The notes beneath the pieces are model-generated. The model worked only from the letters and a program-made list of their open reading frames with translations. It was not told the DNA's origin and made no database searches. Source: Candidatus Bathyarchaeota archaeon (GTDB lineage: Archaea > Thermoproteota > Bathyarchaeia > TCS64). Taken from it: a stretch of DNA of 64,000 nucleotides. The stretch's first letter is position 1, and every line of letters begins with the position of its first letter. The stretch spans positions 64,001 to 128,000 of the forward strand of contig JBDRQD010000015.1 in the NCBI GenBank assembly GCA_043826455.1, given 5' to 3'. Below are positions 1-8,864 of the stretch, one piece after another. Both the position numbers and the translations under genes were made by a program.

Positions 1-253
1 AACACTGGAGGGCCTAGAGAAGAACCCGCTGATGATAGACCTCCGGGAGGCCTTCGTGGAGAACGGGGCCGTCCAGTGCGGCTTCTGCACCCCCGGGATG
101 CTGATAAGCGCCTACGCCCTCCTGAGGGACAACCCCCACCCCACCGAGCAGGAGGTGAAGCGGGGCATCGAGGGCAACATATGTAGGTGCACAGGCTTCA
201 CCAAGATACTTGAGGCCATACTGGATGCCGCGGAGCGTATAGCCCCTGAGTGA
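1..253 (+). CDS. (2Fe-2S)-binding small subunit of an XDH/CoxS-family molybdoenzyme (5'-truncated by the window edge)
   Basis: QCGFCTPG and GNICRCTG motifs. The frame is open from position 2 (TLEGLEKNPLM...). Confidence 0.9.
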   Translation, partial: TLEGLEKNPLMIDLREAFVENGAVQCGFCTPGMLISAYALLRDNPHPTEQEVKRGIEGNICRCTGFTKILEAILDAAERIAPE

Positions 254-1028
254 CCCAGAGATCATAGCCAGGCTCAAGGAAGAGCTGGACGCTGGCAGGT
301 CCTGCGTCCTCTGCACCCTCACCTATAAGGATGGCCACGGCCCCAGGGACCCGGGCAGCAAGATGCTGGTCACCGTGGAGGGTGAGACCATGGGCACTAT
401 CGGCGGCGGAGGCATGGAGCGGGTCCTCGTGGAGGAGGCCCTCGCGGCTCTACGAGAGGGTAAACCTAGGAGCCTCCACTTCGCCATGGGGGTGCCCGCG
501 CGAGAAGGAATGATCCCTGTGAACAGCAAGTGCGGTGGAGAGGTGAAGATATTCATGGACGTTGTGAAACCCGACCCGGGCCTCATCGTCATGGGCTCAG
601 GGCTTATAGCTCAGGCGGCAGCAAGGATGGCTGCCGAGTGCGGATTCAAGGTGACCGTGGTGGACGACGCCAAGACCGCCACAGAATCCAACTTTCCAGG
701 CATGAACCTGGTTAACGGGCCTTACCCCGGCAGCCTCAAAGGCGTCAAAGTCAGGCCCAGCGACTATGTGGTTGTGCTCCATGGGGAGACGGAGTTCGAG
801 CTAGCCGGCCTCAGACACGCCTTGAAGGCGGGGCCGGCCTTCATTGGGCTCCTGGGGAGCAGCAACAAGGCCCGTGAGCACAAGAGGCATCTCAAGGAGG
901 AGGGCTATGACGCATCCAAGGTGGACGCCATCAAGGGGCCCATAGGATTGAAGATAGGGGCCGAGACCCCGTGGGAGATCGGCGTCAGCATAGCGGCGGA
1001 GCTCATCAAGGTCCGGGCAGGGGCCTAG
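246..1028 (+). CDS. xdhC: XdhC/CoxI-family molybdenum cofactor insertion chaperone, probable CTG start
   Basis: Motifs PRDPGSKMLV, GTIGGG, CGG, IGLLGS and GPIGLKIGAETPWEI. The homologous N-terminus extends upstream of ATG363 to CTG246, with an in-frame TAG at 240-242. Confidence 0.85.
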   Translation: MSDPEIIARLKEELDAGRSCVLCTLTYKDGHGPRDPGSKMLVTVEGETMGTIGGGGMERVLVEEALAALREGKPRSLHFAMGVPAREGMIPVNSKCGGEVKIFMDVVKPDPGLIVMGSGLIAQAAARMAAECGFKVTVVDDAKTATESNFPGMNLVNGPYPGSLKGVKVRPSDYVVVLHGETEFELAGLRHALKAGPAFIGLLGSSNKAREHKRHLKEEGYDASKVDAIKGPIGLKIGAETPWEIGVSIAAELIKVRAGA

Positions 1029-1615
1029 CCTCGGCCCGTCAGGGACCACAGCTTCTTGGCGGCCTCATACTCCTCAGGCGTGTCCATGTCTATCACCGTC
1101 CACACGTCGCCCTCAACGTACCTGTGACCATCCTCGTACCGCGTCACGACATCTTTCAGAGTCTCGCCTGGCTTTAAGCTCAGTATCTCATAGAATAGGT
1201 TGCGCCGGAATAGGACAGGGTGGCCTCTCCTGTCGCCATACCTGGGGCTAACGATGACCGCGTCCTCGTCCTCCACAAGCACCTGAACCATGGCCGAGAG
1301 CATCCTTCGGTCCAGGCCCACCTGGTCCCCCAAGGCTAGGAACACGGCGTCGACGTCCACTGACCTCAGCCCAGCCTGGAAGCTGGTGGTCATCCCCTCC
1401 TCGTGGCGCGGGTTGTGGACCACCTCGACACTGTACCCGGAGAGCACCTCCTCAAACTCCTCTGGCCTGTGCCCGGTCACCACAACCGTCTCAATGCCCC
1501 TCAAGGCGTCCAGGGTGGTCTCCAGCACCGTCTTGCCAAAGAAGGGTAGGAGAAGCTTGTTAGAGCCCATGCGGCTAGACTTGCCAGCCGCCAGGACTAT
1601 GGCTGAGGCTTTCAT
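1025..1615 (-). CDS. mocA: Molybdenum cofactor cytidylyltransferase (MocA-like nucleotidyltransferase)
   Basis: VLAAGKSSRMGSNKLLL, LGDQ, GHPVLF and DMDTPEEY motifs. ATG1615 overlaps the upstream stop (ATGA). Confidence 0.8.
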   Translation of the reverse strand: MKASAIVLAAGKSSRMGSNKLLLPFFGKTVLETTLDALRGIETVVVTGHRPEEFEEVLSGYSVEVVHNPRHEEGMTTSFQAGLRSVDVDAVFLALGDQVGLDRRMLSAMVQVLVEDEDAVIVSPRYGDRRGHPVLFRRNLFYEILSLKPGETLKDVVTRYEDGHRYVEGDVWTVIDMDTPEEYEAAKKLWSLTGRG

Positions 1616-2073
1616 CTCAGAGCCTGGGCCGCCCTCTGCACGGCCTTCACTATGTTCACGTAGCCCGTGCACCTGCATAGGTTGCCGTTCAGGTATTCGC
1701 GTATCTCGGCCTCCGTGGGCGCAGGGTTCTCGTCCAGCAGAGCCTTCGTGGCCATGATGAACCCGGGTGTGCAGTACCCGCACTGCACGGCCCCCTCGTC
1801 CAGGTAGGCCTGCTGTATCGGGTGAGGCTCTCCACCCTCGGCCAGCCCCTCGACGGTGTCCACCTTGCGGCCGTCGGCGTCGACGGCCAGGATCATGCAT
1901 GCGAGGACCGCTTCGCCGTCCATGAGGGCTGTGCACGCGCCGCACTCGCCTATGCCGCAGCCATACTTGGTTCCGGTTAGGTTCATCTCGTCCCTGAGTA
2001 GGTTCAGTAGAAGGGTGTTGGGCTCAACGTCGAAGCTCCTCTTCGCCCCGTTGACTGTTAACTGTATCCTCAT
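1612..2073 (-). CDS. (2Fe-2S)-binding small subunit (CoxS/XdhC-type)
   Basis: GTKYGCGIGECGAC, QCGYCTPG and GNLCRCTGY motifs. ATG2073 overlaps the FAD-subunit stop. Confidence 0.93.
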   Translation of the reverse strand: MRIQLTVNGAKRSFDVEPNTLLLNLLRDEMNLTGTKYGCGIGECGACTALMDGEAVLACMILAVDADGRKVDTVEGLAEGGEPHPIQQAYLDEGAVQCGYCTPGFIMATKALLDENPAPTEAEIREYLNGNLCRCTGYVNIVKAVQRAAQALR

Positions 2074-2957
2074 CTCTGTGCCTCCAATAGACTCGTTAAC
2101 GCCTCCACGACGAACCCGTGGGCGACCCTCCGCTTGTAGGGTCCCCTGCTTCTGCCGCTCTCCCTGGGCTTGATGCTGCGTGAGGCGAGTCTGGCCACCT
2201 CCTCGATACATGCATGATCAAGCCTCCTGCCCCTGACGTATGCCTCGACATCCTTCGTCCTCATGGGCGTCGGCGCCACGGTGCCCCAGGCGAAGCGGCT
2301 GTCCTCGGCTACGCCATCCTTGAGCTTCACGGTCACGGCCAGGCTTATGGTCGCGATGTCCATGGAGGCCCTAGCGACTCGGAGCCAGCGCCCCCCGGTG
2401 TTCTTGGCGGGCTTGGGGACCGACACGCCTGTCAGTATCTCACCCCTCTCAAGCACGGTCGCGCCTGGCCCCTTGAAGAAGCCGTCCAGGGGGACGACCC
2501 TGTCGCCGCTGGGGCCCGCGATGTGGGCCACCGCGTCGTAGGCCAGGAGGGCCACCGCCGTGTCGGCGCAGGGTGACGCGTTGCACAGGTTGCCTCCCAG
2601 GGTTGCCAGGTTCCTGATCTGGACCGAGCCAAGGGTCCTGGCAGCCTCCTGCAGGACTGGCAGCCTCTTCCCTATGAGTTCACTCTTTTCTATGTCCCTG
2701 ATCCTTGTCAGGGCCCCGATGTGGATGCCCTCCCTGGTCTCCTTGATCTCCGCCAAGCCCATGATCCTCTTCAGGTTGACGACGTGTTTGGGGCGGTGGC
2801 TCCCGTCCTTCATCCTGACGATGAGGTCGGTGCCTCCCGCGAGGGCGCTGCCGTCGCCGCCGTACTCGCTGAGCAGCTTCACGGCCTCGGCGACGCTGGT
2901 GGGGGCGTGGTACTCAAACCCCATGACTATGTGGGTGTTGTGTGTGTTGATGTTCAC
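2070..2957 (-). CDS. FAD-binding medium subunit (CoxM-type) of an XDH-family enzyme
   Basis: LAGGTDL and QIRNLATLGGNLCNASPCADT motifs. Confidence 0.93.
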   Translation of the reverse strand: MNINTHNTHIVMGFEYHAPTSVAEAVKLLSEYGGDGSALAGGTDLIVRMKDGSHRPKHVVNLKRIMGLAEIKETREGIHIGALTRIRDIEKSELIGKRLPVLQEAARTLGSVQIRNLATLGGNLCNASPCADTAVALLAYDAVAHIAGPSGDRVVPLDGFFKGPGATVLERGEILTGVSVPKPAKNTGGRWLRVARASMDIATISLAVTVKLKDGVAEDSRFAWGTVAPTPMRTKDVEAYVRGRRLDHACIEEVARLASRSIKPRESGRSRGPYKRRVAHGFVVEALTSLLEAQR

Positions 2958-2958
2958 G

Positions 2959-5310
2959 TCAGTTTCCCTCCTTCTTCGCTATGGCCTCCATGATCCTCTC
3001 CTTCGTCAGGGGTAGCTCATAGAACCTTATACCTATGGCGTTCTGTATGGCGTTGGCCACAGTGCCTGCGACGGGGTTGAGGGCGCCCTCGCCTATCCCC
3101 TTGGCTCCGAAGGGGCCGGTGGGCTCGTAGGTGTCGGTGAAAAACACCTCGAAGTCGTCCAGGGGGGGCATGTCCATGGCGTACGGTATCTTATAGTCGG
3201 TGATCATGCCCCTGTTGGCCAGTCCACCAGTCGCTGTGTCGATGGGGAGGTCCTCCATGGTCGCCATGCTCCACCCCATAGCCAGTCCCCCGTGAACCTG
3301 TCCAGCAGCCAGCTTGGGGTTGATGACTGTGCCAATATCGGCGCCAGCCACGACCCTTACAGGCCTGACCTTTCCCGTCCAGGTGTCGACCTCCACCTCT
3401 ATGAAGTAACCAGTGAAGTGGGGCGGGCAGGCCGGCTGCCTGTAACTGTCCACTGCCGAGACGGTGCCCCAGTTCTTGTGGCGGGCGTTGTACGCGATCT
3501 CCTTGAAGGTGACCTCCCTACCCTGGACGCCCTCCGCGTATATGACTCCCTGCCCCCTGCCTTCGTCGCAGCGGAACTTGAGGGCGCTCGCCTCCGCGTC
3601 CAGCATCCGGGCCGCGAAGGCTCTAAGCTTCTCCTTCACCTGCTTCGTGACCTTCAGGGCCGCCCCGCCTCCGCTGTAGATGCCTCTGGATGCGTGGGTG
3701 CAGACGTCGTATACCGTCGTGCTGGTGTCAGCGTCGATGACGTTGACGTTCTCAAGTGGGATGCAGAGCTCCTCCGCGATGATCTTGGCGTGGGCCTCCA
3801 GGGTGCCTCCGCCGTGGTCCATGAGGGCGGTCACGTAGTCGAGGGTCCCGTCCTCGTTGAGCTTGAGGAACGCGCCGCTGAAGTCGATGACTGTGCCGGG
3901 CACGGGCGCACCCGCGCTGCTCGTATGGTAGCCGCGGCCCATCCCGATGCCCCTCCTGTACCTGCCCGTCTGGCTCCCGGCGTCTGGCCTGTTGTACCAG
4001 TCGATCTTCTCGGCGCCCCTCCTGAGTATCTCCTCGACGCCGCAGCTCTGTATGATGGACTTTACCGTGGGGCCCTGACCCCAGAAGAGGTCGCCCTTGC
4101 CCACGTAGTTCTTCAGCCTGAAGTCGAGGGGGTCTACGCCCAGCTTTTCGGCGAGCTCATCCATCATCGTCTCTACCATCCAGCTAACCTGCGGGTTCCC
4201 GTAGCCTCTGAAGGCGCAGCTGGGGGTCTTGTTGGTGTATACTGCCTTACTGCTGTAGCTCTTGGCCTTGAGCTTGTAGAGGCTGACCCACCAGCCCGCC
4301 ATGCAGCCCAGGAGCGGGTATGCCTGGATCTGGTGGCTCCCCAGGTCCAGCCAGGCGTCCAGGTGGCCGCCCACAAGGTGGCCGTCCCTCATGGCCCCCA
4401 GCTTCAGCTTGAAGACCATGCTGTAGCTGCAGTGGTCGTGGATGTCCTCCTCGCGGGTGAAGTGTATCTTCACAGGCCTCCTGGTCTTGAGGGCCATGGC
4501 TACGGCTATCAGCGTCACTGTGTTGACCTGTATGCTGCTCCCGAAGCTCCCCCCCAGCGGGGTCTTCATGACCCTGATCTTGCCCATAGGTAGGCCGAAG
4601 ACCTCGTGGAGGAGCAGCCTGCTGTTGTGGAGGGTCTGGGTGGTGCTCCACACCGTGACGCCTCCGTTGATATCCGGCTTAACTAGGACGGCCTTGGTCT
4701 CCAGCTGGACGTGGTACCTTCTATTGGTGCGGAAGGTTCTCTCAAGGACGACGTCGCTCTCCTTGAACGCCGCCTCGACGTCACCCTCCCTAAGGTCCAG
4801 CGTGCAGGCGACGTTGTTCTGCACCTTGAGGGCCGAGTCCTTCAAGAGGATATCTTCATGGATCTGCGTTGACCCGTCCTTGTAGGCGTCCTCGACCGTG
4901 AAGTAGGCCTGGAGGGCCTCGTACTCCACCCTGATGGCTTCCAAGGCTCTCTGAGCTAGCTCCTCCGTCTCGGCTGCCACAGCTGCGATGGCCTCGCCCA
5001 CGTACACCGGCTTCCTGGTGAGGACACGCCAGTCCTTAAACGTGGCCTCGGGCGTGCTCACGAGGCGTGGGCAGAAGCGGACATCCGGGACGTCGTCGGG
5101 CGTGAGCACGATCGCCCCCATCTTCTCTGCCTCAGCCGCGTCGATCCTCTTCACGACGGCGTGGGGGTGCTCTGACTTCAGTATCCTCACGTGAAGCATG
5201 CCTGGGAGGCTGAGGTCAGACGCGAATTTCTCGGCTCCCGTGACCTTGGCCAAGCCGTCTTTGCGATTGGTGTCTTTCCCTATTACGCTGTACTGTTGGT
5301 TGCTGGACAT
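2959..5310 (-). CDS. Molybdopterin-binding large subunit, xanthine dehydrogenase family
   Basis: KVTG, GGSFG, AFRGYGNPQ, GQVHGG and GPFGAKGIGE (catalytic Glu) motifs; 783 aa. Confidence 0.93.
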   Translation of the reverse strand: MSSNQQYSVIGKDTNRKDGLAKVTGAEKFASDLSLPGMLHVRILKSEHPHAVVKRIDAAEAEKMGAIVLTPDDVPDVRFCPRLVSTPEATFKDWRVLTRKPVYVGEAIAAVAAETEELAQRALEAIRVEYEALQAYFTVEDAYKDGSTQIHEDILLKDSALKVQNNVACTLDLREGDVEAAFKESDVVLERTFRTNRRYHVQLETKAVLVKPDINGGVTVWSTTQTLHNSRLLLHEVFGLPMGKIRVMKTPLGGSFGSSIQVNTVTLIAVAMALKTRRPVKIHFTREEDIHDHCSYSMVFKLKLGAMRDGHLVGGHLDAWLDLGSHQIQAYPLLGCMAGWWVSLYKLKAKSYSSKAVYTNKTPSCAFRGYGNPQVSWMVETMMDELAEKLGVDPLDFRLKNYVGKGDLFWGQGPTVKSIIQSCGVEEILRRGAEKIDWYNRPDAGSQTGRYRRGIGMGRGYHTSSAGAPVPGTVIDFSGAFLKLNEDGTLDYVTALMDHGGGTLEAHAKIIAEELCIPLENVNVIDADTSTTVYDVCTHASRGIYSGGGAALKVTKQVKEKLRAFAARMLDAEASALKFRCDEGRGQGVIYAEGVQGREVTFKEIAYNARHKNWGTVSAVDSYRQPACPPHFTGYFIEVEVDTWTGKVRPVRVVAGADIGTVINPKLAAGQVHGGLAMGWSMATMEDLPIDTATGGLANRGMITDYKIPYAMDMPPLDDFEVFFTDTYEPTGPFGAKGIGEGALNPVAGTVANAIQNAIGIRFYELPLTKERIMEAIAKKEGN

Positions 5311-5684
5311 TCCTCTTCCTCAAAGGTACCGTAGATTAAAAACAGTATATTAATTAGAGGATTTGATTCTCTTTTTTATTGGTGTGCTGCGGTCATCGAC
5401 TTCGGGGCGGGTAATCGGTCTAATTATAAGAATATTCGCCATTAGATGATACCCTCCTACTTTTTTTGTATATCGACCATCGTTGCCCTGTGCTTGATGT
5501 GATGAATGTACCGTGTTTTTGTATGGTATGAACAGCGCTTTTGCGTAGATTCATGCGGCGTCGGACCGGTTCTGCGGCTCCTTTTGGTGTGGGGCGTCCG
5601 TTTCCAGTCTATCTTGCTCTACCCCCCTCCCCTCTCACTGGGTGTCCGGTGCTGGCGTGGTGCATATATCGTTCTGTGGGGTTG

Positions 5685-5709
5685 CTTATCCCGTGCCAGC
5701 CGGGATAAG
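5685..5709. other. Perfect 9-bp inverted repeat (hairpin) in a long intergenic region
   Basis: CTTATCCCG-tgccagc-CGGGATAAG. Confidence 0.5.
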
Positions 5710-5865
5710 GCGGAAAAAATTTTCCATCTTTTGCTTCATGCTTTTCCTCGGTGAGATGCCTTCTCGTCCTCGGCTCTTGGCCCTCAGAAAAGGCCCGCAT
5801 GATGTTTTCTTCAACTAGGGAATTTTAGCTTCATGTTTTTAGCGGTTAAAATTGAGGCGTCTCCG

Positions 5866-6270
5866 TCACTTTTCCATGGGGGTCAGCGTGTAGTTGACCT
5901 CCATGACTCCCCTCACGGCCTTGGCCCTGGAGACGAAGGTCATGACGTTCTCGGCCTCCCCCTTCACCAGGAATATCTCGATGCAGTAGCCCTCCCCGAT
6001 GTGGAGGTGCATGTTCCCGAAGATGAGGTCCTCGAACCCGTTCCTGAGGTCCATGAGCCCCACGTGACTCGCCGTCTGCTCCGCCTCGCTTATTATGGTG
6101 ACGGTGGCCATGACGCTGCCCCTCTGCCTGCCTTGGAGGCTGAACTGGACCAGGCTGTCCCTAATAGCCAGCCTCAGGGCCTCTGATCGGCTGCTGAAGC
6201 CGCTACGGGTCACGAACTCGTCTAGGCGCTCCAGGAGGTCAGGGGTCAGGCTCACGCTGATAACGGTCAT
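5866..6270 (-). CDS. nikR: NikR-family ribbon-helix-helix metalloregulator (variant)
   Basis: N-terminal RHH (ISVSL...SRSEALR.AIR) and C-terminal HLHIGEGYCIE metal motif. Confidence 0.8.
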   Translation of the reverse strand: MTVISVSLTPDLLERLDEFVTRSGFSSRSEALRLAIRDSLVQFSLQGRQRGSVMATVTIISEAEQTASHVGLMDLRNGFEDLIFGNMHLHIGEGYCIEIFLVKGEAENVMTFVSRAKAVRGVMEVNYTLTPMEK

Positions 6271-6273
6271 AGT

Positions 6274-6302
6274 TTAATAATTTACCCCCTTAAATTTATT
6301 AA
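6274..6302. promoter_or_regulatory. Candidate NikR-type operator (TTAATAA-N15-TTATTAA)
   Basis: Spaced inverted repeat in the AT-rich divergent promoter between nikR and the ATPase. Confidence 0.45.
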
Positions 6303-6378
6303 TATCTAATAATTTTTAGCCCATTCATAGCACTACCTTAATAAACCCGCGCCGTGGGGAATCTGAGAGCCGTCGAAG

Positions 6379-8421
6379 ATGACTAAACCCAACCACAGCG
6401 ACGACCACGACCATGACCACAGCCACGGCGAAGGCTGCGGATGCGGCCACGACCACGAACACGAGAACGCTGCGTGCTCCACATGCACCGTCGACCCAAG
6501 CCCGGCTTGCACAGACTGCGAGTTAAGCCACGGGGACAGCTGCGCGGCCTGTGGCCACGAACACAAGCATGAGTGGGGCGGCTGGGACAAGCTCATCGCC
6601 TCTGGAGCTATAATCGCTGTAGGCATAGTTCTCAACCATCTGAACATCTACCAGCCAGCCCCCATGCTGATGCTAGTCGCGGCCATGGTGTACACCGGGT
6701 ACCCTCTGGCCGAGAGCGGCGTCAGGAGCCTTCTCAGGGGCAGCGTAGGAATCAACCTTCTGGTCTCGATGGCGGCCATCGGGGCCACCCTGATAGGCCA
6801 GTACGAGGAGGGGGCCCTGGTTGTGTTCCTGTTCAGTATATCCCTCAAACTTGAGGTTCTGGCCACCGACAGGGCCAGGCACGCTGTGCAGGCCCTCATG
6901 AAGCTCCGGCCAGAGGTGGCCACCATCAGAAGAGGGGAAGAGGAAGTGACTGTCCCCGTTGACCAGGTCATCCCGGGGGAAGTATTTCTCGTTCGGCCCG
7001 GGGACAGGGTGCCCCTGGACGGGGTCGTGGTGGACGGGGAGACGACTGTCGACCAGTCCGCCATCACCGGCGAGTCTGTTCCCGTGGAGAAACGGTTCAT
7101 GGACGAGGTCTACGCCGGGACCATCAACCTGGATGGGTACGTGGCGGCCAAGACCAAGAGGGCGGCCTCGGAGACCATGCTGGCCAGCATCCTGCGGATG
7201 GTGTCCGAGGCTGAGGAGAGGAGGAGTCCCACGGAGACCATCGTCAACAGGTTCGCACGGTACTACACGCCCCTCATCATCGGCCTGGCCGTCGTCGTGG
7301 CCGCGGTCCCTTACTTCTTCTATGGAAGACAGCTTTTTCCAAGCATCTACGGTGCCCTGGTCCTCCTGGTCATCGGCTGCCCATGCGCGCTCACCATCGC
7401 GACCCCCGTGGCCATGGTCTCAGCCATCACCAGCGCCAGCAGAAACGGGGTTCTGGTGAAGGGCAGCGCCTACATCGAGCAGGTGAGCAGGGCACGGGTC
7501 TTTGCCTTCGACAAGACGGGCACCCTGACGAAGGGCAGGCTGGCTGTCACGGACGTGATCCCCACAGGCGTCTCGAGGGAGACGCTTCTCAGCGTAGCCG
7601 CCGCCTTGGAGGAGAACAGTAAACACCCAATCGCGTACGCCATCAAGGAGCAGGCCCTCAAAGAAGGCGTGCCCACGCTGAGCGCGTCCGAGTTCAGGAG
7701 CCAGACTGGCAGGGGCGTGGAGGCGGTGATCGGCGGGGCCCTGTACAGGGTCGGCAGCCAGCGCCTGTTCTCCGAGAACGGCGTAGAGTACCCCGCTGAC
7801 ACCCTTCAAGAGCTCGAGGGAATGGGTAAGACCACCGTCATCGTGTCCAGGGACTCCGAGGTCATTGGCCTCATCAGCCTCATGGATGAGAGCCGCCACG
7901 GCGCCAAGGAGACCATCCAGGCTCTCAGGAAGCGGGGGATGAAGGTGGACATGCTCACCGGGGACAACGAGAACACGGCCCGGGCCATCGCCGAGCAGCT
8001 GGGCTTCAACGGGTACCACGCCGGCCTCCTCCCGGACGAGAAAGTGAAGGCCGTGGAGGGTCTCAAGGTTCACGGCCCAGTGGTCATGGTGGGGGACGGC
8101 GTGAACGACGCCCCGGCCCTCGCCGCTGCCGACGTGGGGGTGGCCATGGGCGGCCTGGGCAGCGACATAGCGTTGGAGACCGCGGACGTGGTGCTCCTGG
8201 AGGACGACCTGAGCCGCATAGAGTACCTGCTGAGGCTAGCATCCACCACTGTGTCCACGGTCCACCAGAACATAGCCGTCAGCGTCCTGGTGAAGCTGCT
8301 CATAGTGGCCCTGGCGGCCTTGGGCGCCATCACCCTCTGGATGGCCGTCATCCTGGGCGACGTTGGCCTGACCCTGCTGGTGATCCTCAACAGCGTGAGG
8401 ATAAGCGGCATCAAGCCCTAG
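6379..8421 (+). CDS. Heavy-metal P1B-type ATPase (ZntA/CadA-like, P1B-2) with a His/Cys-rich N-terminus
   Basis: TGES, CPC, DKTGTLT, HP and GDGVNDAP motifs. Lys in the penultimate TM and DxG in the last TM. N-terminal His tract plus three CxxC. Confidence 0.92.
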   Translation: MTKPNHSDDHDHDHSHGEGCGCGHDHEHENAACSTCTVDPSPACTDCELSHGDSCAACGHEHKHEWGGWDKLIASGAIIAVGIVLNHLNIYQPAPMLMLVAAMVYTGYPLAESGVRSLLRGSVGINLLVSMAAIGATLIGQYEEGALVVFLFSISLKLEVLATDRARHAVQALMKLRPEVATIRRGEEEVTVPVDQVIPGEVFLVRPGDRVPLDGVVVDGETTVDQSAITGESVPVEKRFMDEVYAGTINLDGYVAAKTKRAASETMLASILRMVSEAEERRSPTETIVNRFARYYTPLIIGLAVVVAAVPYFFYGRQLFPSIYGALVLLVIGCPCALTIATPVAMVSAITSASRNGVLVKGSAYIEQVSRARVFAFDKTGTLTKGRLAVTDVIPTGVSRETLLSVAAALEENSKHPIAYAIKEQALKEGVPTLSASEFRSQTGRGVEAVIGGALYRVGSQRLFSENGVEYPADTLQELEGMGKTTVIVSRDSEVIGLISLMDESRHGAKETIQALRKRGMKVDMLTGDNENTARAIAEQLGFNGYHAGLLPDEKVKAVEGLKVHGPVVMVGDGVNDAPALAAADVGVAMGGLGSDIALETADVVLLEDDLSRIEYLLRLASTTVSTVHQNIAVSVLVKLLIVALAALGAITLWMAVILGDVGLTLLVILNSVRISGIKP

Positions 8422-8477
8422 CATCAGGAAAGGATAAATCCCATGACCTTGGCTATGTGAATGCAGGCCGAGGAACC

Positions 8478-8864
8478 ATGGACGACGAGCTGGAAAGACT
8501 CAAACAGAAGCGGCTGGAGGAGCTGCAGCGTCAGATGCTCCTCAAACAGCTTAAGGAGCAGGAGCCCAAGCCCGAGCCAGTCAAGGAGCCGACGCCGGAA
8601 GAGCTCCTGGGGCGGTACTTCAAGGACAGGGCCTGGGAGGTGTGGAACGCGGCCAAGGCCCAGTACCCTAGCGTGATGCCTCAGGTGGAGAAGCTCCTGG
8701 TGGACGCCATCAAGCAGGGTAAGGTTAAGGACGTTATCGACGGGGCTAGCCTCATGGGGTTCTTCAGGCAGATAGGGGTACCCGTGCGCCTAGAGACCAG
8801 GATCAGGATCAGCGAGCACGGGGAGCTGAAGACCCTGGAGCAGAAGATGAAGGAAGAGGGCTAG
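8478..8864 (+). CDS. PDCD5/TFAR19-related DNA-binding protein
   Basis: MDDELERLKQKRLEELQRQ N-terminus typical of archaeal PDCD5 homologs. Confidence 0.7.
   Translation: MDDELERLKQKRLEELQRQMLLKQLKEQEPKPEPVKEPTPEELLGRYFKDRAWEVWNAAKAQYPSVMPQVEKLLVDAIKQGKVKDVIDGASLMGFFRQIGVPVRLETRIRISEHGELKTLEQKMKEEG

Noticed and set aside
1616..1945. Long N-terminal extension of MocA (similar extensions on 2Fe-2S, MoeA and VapC)
   Set aside because: Out-of-frame overlap with the upstream gene; internal ATGs with stop overlaps fit better.
2959..5310. Aerobic CO dehydrogenase CoxL
   Set aside because: Lacks the AYXCSFR active-site loop (has AFRGYG).
5499..5560. Box C/D sRNA (GTGATGA)
   Set aside because: No box D (CTGA) at a suitable distance.
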